A stretch of 64,000 nucleotides of DNA from Methanobacteriota archaeon (GTDB taxonomy: Archaea; Thermoplasmatota; Thermoplasmata; SG8-5; JAGLSY01): contig JAEHCQ010000001.1 of the NCBI GenBank assembly GCA_020696385.1, forward strand, positions 224,001 to 288,000. The letters are read 5' to 3'. Position 1 is the stretch's first letter; each line of letters opens with the position of its first letter. The position numbers were made by a program, and so were the translations under genes. Under the pieces are notes generated by a model. The model was not told the origin of the DNA, searched no databases, and saw nothing but the letters and a program-made list of their open reading frames with translations. This document shows, piece after piece, positions 55,602 to 64,000 of the stretch.

Positions 55602-58600
55602 ATGGAAATAGTGGAGATGAAATTGATGGAAATAATGGGCAACAGATTTTTGGGCTTGATATTTATAGCTGTGATATCAATTAGTTTACTGATACCAGCA
55701 AGCTCGATCACTTTAGCAGATGTGAGCACGGATGATGGATATTTCTTGGTTAGTTTTTCAGAATTACCAAATGCCGACCAGAGGAATTTCATAGAGAGCT
55801 CGGGTATCGAATTCCTGAACTACATGAACGATGGTACCTATCTGGTCAAGAGCAATGGAAATATACTATCCAATGGGCCTCTTATGGCTTATTCAGATGG
55901 TTTTCAACCATATACCGCTTCAATGAAGATCAACCCAGATCTGAATGGAATGTCTGGCATGACCAATGTCATAGTGGCTCTGCATGAAGAAGCAGGAATA
56001 CCCGGAGCAATAACATCTTTAGAAGAATTGGGAGCCAGTGATATCAAGATCAATACAGGTTCCTTCGCATACCTAAGATGCACGATTGACGCATCCAGGA
56101 TCAATTTGATCGCAGATATCCAAGAGGTCAGCGTTGTTGGCCATGATGCTGAGCCAGTGGCCTTTATGGATCTAATTACATCCAATACATTCATGGGACA
56201 GGATACCACCGAGGCAGCGGGATTCACCGGTGCAGGTATACTGGCAGAAGTTCAGGACAATGGAATAGACATTGGCCACCCGGATCTCGCCAATGTCATA
56301 TACACAGATGGATCTGTATCGGATGATGATCATGGCACCTGTACCTCAGGTATCGTCTTCGGAAATGGAGATGGTGATATCAGAGCACTTGGAATTGCCT
56401 ATGAATCAGTCGGAGTTTTCTCGGACTGGGGAACTGGAAGATACACTTCCATTGAAAATCTCTGGAATGGTGATTTCAATGAAGGAAGTGCCGGGATGAA
56501 CGGTGTCGTCCAATCAAATTCATGGAGCTCCGGAACACAGGATGGACTTTATCAGATAAATGCTGCAGCGGATGATCAGGCAGCAGTGGATTATCCAAAA
56601 GTTCTATCTCTCTGGGCAAACGGTAATGGCAATGATGGGACCGCAGAGGGGGATCTCAGCGAGGATGCCTGCGCCAAGAATGTCATGGCAATAGGAGCGA
56701 TATTCCATAAGGACACCGCGAACATGGTGGATGATGAGTGGCTTTTGCAATCTCAGGGAAATACACCTTCAAGAGGCCCAGCCGCAGATGGTAGACAGAA
56801 GCCAGAGATGTGCGCGCCCTTTGACTGGATCTACACAGTGGACAACAGGGTCGGTGGCTATGCCACTGGTGATTATTATGATAATTTCGGCGGAACAAGC
56901 GGCGCGACGCCCATCGTAGCTGGCTCAACCGTAATCGCCTATGATATGTGGCAGGCGGATTTCTTTGATACAAATCCAACAGGAGAACTTCCTTATGCAA
57001 GCACGATGAAGGCCCTCATGGTGGCCGATGCACATCAATATGCATTGACAGAAGCAACAAGGAATGAACAGGGCTGGGGCACACCAGACATGGAGAACAT
57101 GTATAATCGTGGAGCTGATTACCACCAGATAGATGAATACCCACAGGCATTGGATTCTGGCGATATGTACAGCCGCCAGGTATTCAGTGATGGGACACTT
57201 TCTCTGAAAATATCACTTGCCTGGACAGACCCTGCCGCACTTGGGACCACCAATGCAGCCAGGGCATTGATCAATAACTTAGACCTGAAGGTCATATCAC
57301 CAGGCGGTGTGGAATATTATGGTAACAACGGCCTATGGACAAGCCTTTACTCCGCTTCCGGAACTGGAGCGAACCAGTGGGGCTCGGATCACAGGGATGA
57401 CCTGAACAATCTGGAAAATGTATTCATCGAGAACCCACAAACCGGTATATGGACCATCGAAGTATATGGACGAACTGGGGACATCGCTCAGGGACCACAG
57501 GATTTCTCAATTGTAGCATCAGGTGGAAAGATACCAATTACATCACAAGGAATGATCCAGCTGGATGCGGAGATATATGCTGGTGAGGACTCAGCAACTA
57601 TCACGCTCATGGATTCTGACCTTAATACAAATACAAATTCAGTAGAGACCAAGATCATCAATGTGGACAGTGATTCGGAACCAGTAGGCGAAAATATTCT
57701 GTTGACAGAAACTGGTCAGGATACTGGCATGTTCGAGGGAACATTAACATTATCAGCGACAAACTCAGCCGGAGTTTTGCAAGTATCGGATGCTGATACC
57801 ATTACCGCGACCTACAATGATGCAGATGATGGATCTGGGCCTGCCACGGTCACAGATACAGCCATCATAGATGCAGGAGTAGCAGCGATCAGTGGATTGA
57901 CAGTAGAATGGTGGGGATTGACTAATACAGAAGACATGGCATCTGATGTCTCTATCGTAAGGGGAACTGAGGTCAATGATCTCTCATTCACCTATATCCA
58001 GGATGATTCATATCATCAATTGGTGGAAGTAACAGCAGGTGGCGGTGGCAGGAAGAATCTTGATTTCCAATACACCATCAATATAGATCCAACCGGAGTT
58101 GGGCCCTACACCATCTACATGGATTCATACACGACAGGCGAAGCTTTTACAGCAACCTACAGCACCAATGGAGGAGCAAATTGGGGATCATTAGGTGTCA
58201 TTACAGCGACCTCTGATACAGATACATACGATGTTTGGCCAATAACAGCCAGTGCTGGAGACGAGGTTCTTATTGATATAACCGGAACCACTCAATCTGG
58301 AGAAGTTGTCGATCAGCTTTACACGGATCATCTTTTCATATTGGGTGGAAGTGCAAGCAACCCAACCGACCATAACACACTCAACTGGACATTGTCCGGA
58401 GATGATGGTGCAGGAGCAAATGATGTAATCCAGTACAATATTTACAGAGCCAATAATTCAGTTGGTCCATGGGGTGCAGGATTTTACATAGACAGTGTAC
58501 CTGCTGGAGAATCCACATACACGGATATTGACAAAGGAATCCCAGATGGGATCCAGTGGTGGTACGTGGTCAGAGCTGAAGACCTTCTAACCAATGAAGA

Positions 58601-59507
58601 TACCAACACAATTGCAGTGCCAGAGCCCGGCTCAGTACCCGATTCGGCACCGATCTCTTCAGCATCCTACGCTGGCGCGTCACCAACATCCAATAACCCG
58701 GTTACGATTAATTGGGCAGCCGCTGATGACAATGACCTAATACAGGTCGAATTGTTCTACAGACATGATGGTGGAGCATACGCATCTTGGACAGACGGCA
58801 CCAACCCGGCAACTGCGACAGGAACCGCGGACAGTGGTTCCTGGAGCTTTGACTTCCCGGATGGAGCTGGAACATACGACTTATACACCAGAGCGTCGGA
58901 TGATATGCCACAGACTGAGACCGCACCCGGATCACCAGATGTCACTATCCAGTATAATCCAGTACAGAATTATGACTTTGACCTTGCTGGAGCATCAGAT
59001 GGTTCATGGATATTTGTATCATTCCCATTGGATATAACGGGAGATGTCCTGACCATCATAGATGATGCGACATGGGGAGATGGCGACACGACCTGGGAGG
59101 TCATCCACTGGTACAACCCGAGTGAGGTAGATCATTGGAAGACCTATGACAAGGCACAGGCAGCAGCTGGAATAACCCAGGATATGCCGACCATTGACAA
59201 TTCCATGGGAATGTGGATAAAGATCACAACCTCTGGAACTGTATTGACAGCTGGAGAGGGATTCGAATCTGCAAGCACGAACATCGATCTAAAGGCTGGT
59301 TGGAACCTTGTTGGTTACCCAGCACAGGATGATTCAACCTACGATGTGAATGACCTGATAGCCGCAACTGGAGCGACCAAAGTTGAGGGATATGGAGGTG
59401 CTGGACCTTATGACATCTCGGCTCTGGGAGGGAATTATATCCTACAGCGTGGAGAAGCCTACTGGATCAATGTGCCAGCAGACATAACCTGGACTGTCAA
59501 CTGGTAA
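55602..59507 (+). CDS. Secreted S8 family serine peptidase (start uncertain, 55602-55635)
   Basis: Signal peptide, prodomain, VQDNG, DHGT, GNG, GGTSGATP; FN3/Ig-like and C-terminal GWNLVGYP domains. Confidence 0.92.
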   Translation: MEIVEMKLMEIMGNRFLGLIFIAVISISLLIPASSITLADVSTDDGYFLVSFSELPNADQRNFIESSGIEFLNYMNDGTYLVKSNGNILSNGPLMAYSDGFQPYTASMKINPDLNGMSGMTNVIVALHEEAGIPGAITSLEELGASDIKINTGSFAYLRCTIDASRINLIADIQEVSVVGHDAEPVAFMDLITSNTFMGQDTTEAAGFTGAGILAEVQDNGIDIGHPDLANVIYTDGSVSDDDHGTCTSGIVFGNGDGDIRALGIAYESVGVFSDWGTGRYTSIENLWNGDFNEGSAGMNGVVQSNSWSSGTQDGLYQINAAADDQAAVDYPKVLSLWANGNGNDGTAEGDLSEDACAKNVMAIGAIFHKDTANMVDDEWLLQSQGNTPSRGPAADGRQKPEMCAPFDWIYTVDNRVGGYATGDYYDNFGGTSGATPIVAGSTVIAYDMWQADFFDTNPTGELPYASTMKALMVADAHQYALTEATRNEQGWGTPDMENMYNRGADYHQIDEYPQALDSGDMYSRQVFSDGTLSLKISLAWTDPAALGTTNAARALINNLDLKVISPGGVEYYGNNGLWTSLYSASGTGANQWGSDHRDDLNNLENVFIENPQTGIWTIEVYGRTGDIAQGPQDFSIVASGGKIPITSQGMIQLDAEIYAGEDSATITLMDSDLNTNTNSVETKIINVDSDSEPVGENILLTETGQDTGMFEGTLTLSATNSAGVLQVSDADTITATYNDADDGSGPATVTDTAIIDAGVAAISGLTVEWWGLTNTEDMASDVSIVRGTEVNDLSFTYIQDDSYHQLVEVTAGGGGRKNLDFQYTINIDPTGVGPYTIYMDSYTTGEAFTATYSTNGGANWGSLGVITATSDTDTYDVWPITASAGDEVLIDITGTTQSGEVVDQLYTDHLFILGGSASNPTDHNTLNWTLSGDDGAGANDVIQYNIYRANNSVGPWGAGFYIDSVPAGESTYTDIDKGIPDGIQWWYVVRAEDLLTNEDTNTIAVPEPGSVPDSAPISSASYAGASPTSNNPVTINWAAADDNDLIQVELFYRHDGGAYASWTDGTNPATATGTADSGSWSFDFPDGAGTYDLYTRASDDMPQTETAPGSPDVTIQYNPVQNYDFDLAGASDGSWIFVSFPLDITGDVLTIIDDATWGDGDTTWEVIHWYNPSEVDHWKTYDKAQAAAGITQDMPTIDNSMGMWIKITTSGTVLTAGEGFESASTNIDLKAGWNLVGYPAQDDSTYDVNDLIAATGATKVEGYGGAGPYDISALGGNYILQRGEAYWINVPADITWTVNW

Positions 59508-59523
59508 GCGAGCGAAAGCAAAA

Positions 59524-59547
59524 TGAGAGAGCTTTCGGGCTCTCTCA
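59524..59547 (+). terminator. Hairpin with TTCG loop
   Basis: TGAGAGAGCT-TTCG-GGCTCTCTCA, then T-rich; identical at 63870. Confidence 0.65.
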
Positions 59548-59743
59548 AATTTTACATTTTTTATCAAATATTATATCGTATTTATCACGTAATTTAAAAA
59601 GTTATATATACTACATACCAAAAAGCTTAACTATAAATAAATCGATGTGGAATTACAAACATATATACAAATATATACAAAGATCGTTGGAGTGATGTGG
59701 GCAACATTCACTTTATCGTTGGAGAGAATGGAGGAATTCTAAA

Positions 59744-62700
59744 ATGGATAAAATTAGTAACAACTATGTGGGCGTGTTATTATCAATATGCGTAGCTATT
59801 TTTATGTTGATACCTGCTGGAGCAGCAACATCTAGCATGGAAACAGAGGCATTTCAGGGAAAGGAGCATTTCATAATAAATGTGTATGAGCCAGTTGATT
59901 CAAGCTGGATAGATGTATTGGATCAAATGGGCATACAGACCGTGACATACCTTCCAGAAAAAGGATATGAGGCTTTCCTGACATACGACCAGATGGCTCA
60001 GGCAGAGGAACTTGACTTTGTAAAATGCATCAATGAATATCCTGTAGAAGACAAGATCTCAGAGTATCTGGAGGGAGATGAGGTCATCATATCCCTTGTG
60101 AATGCGGGATCGATGCCCAGCAGTTTGCAGGCGATATATGGTCTTATGGATGTATTTGATGAGGATGATACTGCCGCAGGGCACATCATAAAAGGAAGAA
60201 TACTCAATATGAATGACATTAACATAATAGCTGGCTTGGCCGATGTACACTTTATAGAGACCTATTTCCCAGAGCAACTACATGGTGAAATGGGTACCCA
60301 GATCCTCGGTGGCGGTCTATGGCTTTTTGATGATGATGCAGACACGGACACACCGTACAGGGCATTGGGCAACTACGGCTCGCACGTTAACCAGCTTGGA
60401 TGGACAGGTGAAGGCGTAAGAATTGCCATCGCGGATACTGGCGTTGGTGACGGGACCACTGGAGATTCCGGCCACAATGATTTTACCGGACGTGTAGTCG
60501 GAGGTTATGATTTCGGAACTGGTGGCTGGCAGGACAACCACGGCCACGGAACTCATTGTATCGGCCTGGCAGCTGGTGACACCTACAACGGAAACGGTGT
60601 TACTTATGGTGGTTTCGGTCCGTATTATGTGGGCCAGGGACAAGCTCCGGACTCGACAATATACGTTGAACAGATCTTCGAAGGTGCTTCAGGTTCATGG
60701 GTCGGACCAGCAGATTACAGGCAAATCCTTTACGAGAATGGCGGGTCTCAGATCCATACTAATTCCTGGGGTGCGAATACCGGCGGAGCCTACTCTGCAG
60801 CAGACGAGGCTTTTGATGAAGCAATAAGGGATTCAGACGGCGACCCCGTAAACGGAAATCAGCAGATCGTAGTATTCACATCTGCCGGAAATGCTGGCTC
60901 AGGTTTGAATACTATTGGAAGCCCTGGAAATTCCAAGAATATTATAACTGTCGGCGGCACTCAGAACTACGCGCCCGACAGCAGAACCTACGGCGCCGAT
61001 GAATATTCTATTACTTCCATTAACCCGGACACGATGTATTCCAGCAGTTCCAGGGGTTGGACCGATGACGGCCGAATAAAGCCGGACATCGTGACGCCTG
61101 GCCAGAACACATTGTCTCTCAGCAGTCCTCTGGTCGTTGATGGTCTATTCGGTGATTATTCTCAAGATTCACGATACACCTGGTGCACGGGAACAAGCCA
61201 GTCATGTCCGCAGGGAGCCGGTGGAGGCGCTGTAGTATATGGATGGTATCAGGATCCATCAAATTATGGTGTTGAACCAACACCAGCTACCGTAAAGGCA
61301 TTGTTGATCAACACTGCTGTGGACATCGCAACAGCCGACATACCCAATCAGAATGAGGGCTGGGGCAGAATGAACATAATGCCCATAATCGATCAACCAG
61401 CTCCTTTCATGATATTCCAGGATCCCAGTGAGCTGATAACTGATGCCATAGATACCTACACATTCAGCTATGTCAATCCCGCAGAGCCTGTAAAGATCAC
61501 ACTGGCCTACACCGACAGATTCGCTCTGAGCGGCGCGGCAATCACGCTTCAGAACCAGGTCAATTTGGAGGTCGAGTCACCTACTGGCACGATCTACCAC
61601 GGCAATGCTTTCAGCGGTGGATGGTCCACCACTGGCAACCCAAGCGCAACATTTGATACCAATGCTGACGGGTATGATGACAGGAACAATGTGGAATGTG
61701 TTTACCTCAACACTGGCCAGATGGAGATAGGCCAGTACACGGTCAGAATAATAGGAACCAGTGTTCCGGCAGACTGTGACAATGACGGATCCAATGACCA
61801 GGACTATTCACTGGTCATGTACAACTGTGAGGACGTATCAGCCAGGGGAACCGTTGACTTGGATCAGAACGTATATGCTGGAGAAAATTTAGCCACCATA
61901 ACAGTTAGCGACACTGACCTCAACACCAATGGCCTTGTCCAGCAGACCACCATAACTGTAACATCAACATCTGAGCCTGGTGGAGAGAGCGTTACATTGA
62001 CCGAGACCGGTGGCGACACCAGTGTCTTCGTTGGAACACTTACTCTTTCCCAGACCAATGGAGCGGGAATTCTTCTGGTATCACACGATGATGTGATAAC
62101 AGCGACCTATAATGATGCGGATGATGGTACTGGCTCATCCCAAGTGGTGACCGATACCGCGACCGTGGATTCGGGAGTAGCTCCCACCAGCGGACTTACC
62201 GTTGAATGGTGGGCGCCTGCGGCTGGCTCGACCGAGACAAGGTTCATGAGATCGGACGCGGCAACTGTGAATGGATTGACGGGTGATTCCCTCGGAACAT
62301 CACAGAGTGCGGTCACTCAGACAGTGACATTATCAAGTACCAGTACGATCTTTTCAGGAATAAGTGTGTTCTCACGCTCTAGTGGAGGTGCAGAAACCCC
62401 AATATCATCTGGTATCGTCGCTATAGCCAGCACAGGCGGTACAGAAACAGTGAGCGCGACCTGGGATTGCCCACAGACCACAATATCAGACACGGATTCA
62501 ATTGTTGTCAAATGGTATTGTGGTGGAACCAATCCACCTGCCACACTGGTGGAGACCTTCACGACCGAGGTACTGGGTGGAACGCAACTTAGTGCGGCTA
62601 CCTGGACATTCTATTCATACTTATCAGAGAGGAATAATGCAGATAGAGTTTCCTGGGGATCCGCCACCGCTAACACCAGAATAGAGGGATTCACCTGGGC

Positions 62701-63847
62701 AGCCTTTTCCAATCCACTTGAGCATAATACCCTCAACTGGACATTGTCCGGAGATGATGGTGCAGGAGCCAATGATGTAGTAGGTTACAATATCTACAGA
62801 GCTCCCGCTTCAGGCGGACCATGGACGAACATAGACACTGTGCCAGCTGGTACAGGCACCTACACGGATATTGACCGTGGAATGTCAGATGGAACACAGT
62901 GGTGGTATATTGTAAGGGGCGAGGATGGAGCTGGCAATGAAGATACAAACACAAACGCAGTGCCAGAGCCCGGCTCGGTACCAGATTCTGCACCTGTTTC
63001 ATCAGCAGGATATGCTGGCGCGTCACCAACATCCAATAACCCGGTTACAATTAGCTGGACCGCGACAGATGACAATGATCTCACACAGGTCGAATTGTTC
63101 TACAGACATGATGGTGGAGCATACGCATCTTGGACGGACGGCACCAATCCAGCAACTGCGGCAGGAACCGCGGACAGTGGTTCCTGGAGCTTTGACTTCC
63201 CGGATGGAGCTGGAACATACGACTTCTACACCAGAGCGTCGGATGATATGCCACAGACTGAGGCCGCACCAGGATCACCAGATGTCACTATCCAGTATAT
63301 CCCGATACAGAACTACGACTTTGATCTTGCAGGAGTATCGGATAACTCGTGGATATTCGTGTCATTCCCACTGGATATGACAGGAGATGTTCTGACCATC
63401 ATAGATGATGCGACATGGGGGGATGGCGACACGACCTGGGAGGTCATCCATTGGTACGATCCAACAGATGTCGATCACTGGAAGACATATGACAAGGCAC
63501 AGGCAACTGCTGGATTGGCACAGGACATGCCGACCATTGACAACTCCATGGGTATGTGGATAAAGATCACAACTTCAGGAACAGTATTGACAGTTGGAGA
63601 GGGATTCGAATCTGCAAGCACTGATATCACTCTGAACGCTGGCTGGAACCTCATTGGTTACCCAGCACAGGATGATTCGACCTACGATGTCGGCGATCTG
63701 AAAGCAGACACTGGAGCGACCATGGTAGAAGGCTATGGTGCAGGACCGTACAATATCGTTACACTGGCGAACAATTATGTCTTGCAACGTGGCGAAGCGT
63801 ACTGGGTCTTTGTCGGAGTCGGCGGAACCTGGACTGTCAATTGGTAA
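59744..63847 (+). CDS. Secreted S8 family serine peptidase
   Basis: IADTG, HGHGTH, SAGN, TGTSQSCP; same C-terminal architecture as the upstream paralogue. Confidence 0.93.
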   Translation: MDKISNNYVGVLLSICVAIFMLIPAGAATSSMETEAFQGKEHFIINVYEPVDSSWIDVLDQMGIQTVTYLPEKGYEAFLTYDQMAQAEELDFVKCINEYPVEDKISEYLEGDEVIISLVNAGSMPSSLQAIYGLMDVFDEDDTAAGHIIKGRILNMNDINIIAGLADVHFIETYFPEQLHGEMGTQILGGGLWLFDDDADTDTPYRALGNYGSHVNQLGWTGEGVRIAIADTGVGDGTTGDSGHNDFTGRVVGGYDFGTGGWQDNHGHGTHCIGLAAGDTYNGNGVTYGGFGPYYVGQGQAPDSTIYVEQIFEGASGSWVGPADYRQILYENGGSQIHTNSWGANTGGAYSAADEAFDEAIRDSDGDPVNGNQQIVVFTSAGNAGSGLNTIGSPGNSKNIITVGGTQNYAPDSRTYGADEYSITSINPDTMYSSSSRGWTDDGRIKPDIVTPGQNTLSLSSPLVVDGLFGDYSQDSRYTWCTGTSQSCPQGAGGGAVVYGWYQDPSNYGVEPTPATVKALLINTAVDIATADIPNQNEGWGRMNIMPIIDQPAPFMIFQDPSELITDAIDTYTFSYVNPAEPVKITLAYTDRFALSGAAITLQNQVNLEVESPTGTIYHGNAFSGGWSTTGNPSATFDTNADGYDDRNNVECVYLNTGQMEIGQYTVRIIGTSVPADCDNDGSNDQDYSLVMYNCEDVSARGTVDLDQNVYAGENLATITVSDTDLNTNGLVQQTTITVTSTSEPGGESVTLTETGGDTSVFVGTLTLSQTNGAGILLVSHDDVITATYNDADDGTGSSQVVTDTATVDSGVAPTSGLTVEWWAPAAGSTETRFMRSDAATVNGLTGDSLGTSQSAVTQTVTLSSTSTIFSGISVFSRSSGGAETPISSGIVAIASTGGTETVSATWDCPQTTISDTDSIVVKWYCGGTNPPATLVETFTTEVLGGTQLSAATWTFYSYLSERNNADRVSWGSATANTRIEGFTWAAFSNPLEHNTLNWTLSGDDGAGANDVVGYNIYRAPASGGPWTNIDTVPAGTGTYTDIDRGMSDGTQWWYIVRGEDGAGNEDTNTNAVPEPGSVPDSAPVSSAGYAGASPTSNNPVTISWTATDDNDLTQVELFYRHDGGAYASWTDGTNPATAAGTADSGSWSFDFPDGAGTYDFYTRASDDMPQTEAAPGSPDVTIQYIPIQNYDFDLAGVSDNSWIFVSFPLDMTGDVLTIIDDATWGDGDTTWEVIHWYDPTDVDHWKTYDKAQATAGLAQDMPTIDNSMGMWIKITTSGTVLTVGEGFESASTDITLNAGWNLIGYPAQDDSTYDVGDLKADTGATMVEGYGAGPYNIVTLANNYVLQRGEAYWVFVGVGGTWTVNW

Positions 63848-63869
63848 GCAGCTAACGAAGCAAAATAAA

Positions 63870-63893
63870 TGAGAGAGCTTTCGGGCTCTCTCA
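63870..63893 (+). terminator. Hairpin with TTCG loop (copy of 59524-59547)
   Basis: TGAGAGAGCTTTCGGGCTCTCTCA followed by T-rich run. Confidence 0.65.
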
Positions 63894-64000
63894 ACTTTTA
63901 TATTTTTATTCAATATCTTTAACATACGAAACACTTTAATAATAGTAAACCAAAAATATTTTATACCAAATTATTAACTGGACGAATCATGCAACTAATT

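Noticed and set aside
58371-63847. Diversity-generating retroelement TR/VR pair in the protease repeats
   Set aside because: Both copies are coding, differences are not adenine-specific, and no reverse transcriptase is present.

Overview
A 64-kb archaeal chromosome window, inferred to be Thermoplasmatota (MBG-D/Thermoprofundales-like) from CarS, Rpo11, RFC, Bud32, eL15/eL40/eL41, NfnAB, a giant GLUG surface protein and secreted subtilases. It is mostly housekeeping (translation, tRNA modification, cofactor and acyl-CoA metabolism), with three tRNA genes, a small AT-rich island and a RelBE-type toxin-antitoxin pair. Most unusual signals: (1) a three-copy family of structured intergenic elements with compensatory base changes and IS200/IS605-like GCCCCG...CGGGG hairpins at both ends; (2) two tRNAs (Val-CAC, Trp-CCA), each with a 35-nt BHB intron at the non-canonical T-loop position 59/60, the Trp gene also carrying a 144-nt box C/D guide intron; (3) a tandem trio of S8 subtilases whose first member has lost all three catalytic residues and the prodomain, while the other two carry different domains inside an FN3-like fold; (4) a pair of zinc-ribbon coiled-coil genes with no ATPase; (5) an rpl15e locus with a probable AUA start behind an eL15 leader and a synonymously recoded duplicate of its last codons; (6) a membrane transglutaminase-like protein with a RING-like finger, a stand-alone NrdD glycyl-radical-like peptide and a ThiI lacking its PP-loop. 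All calls come from reading the sequence; no searches were run.
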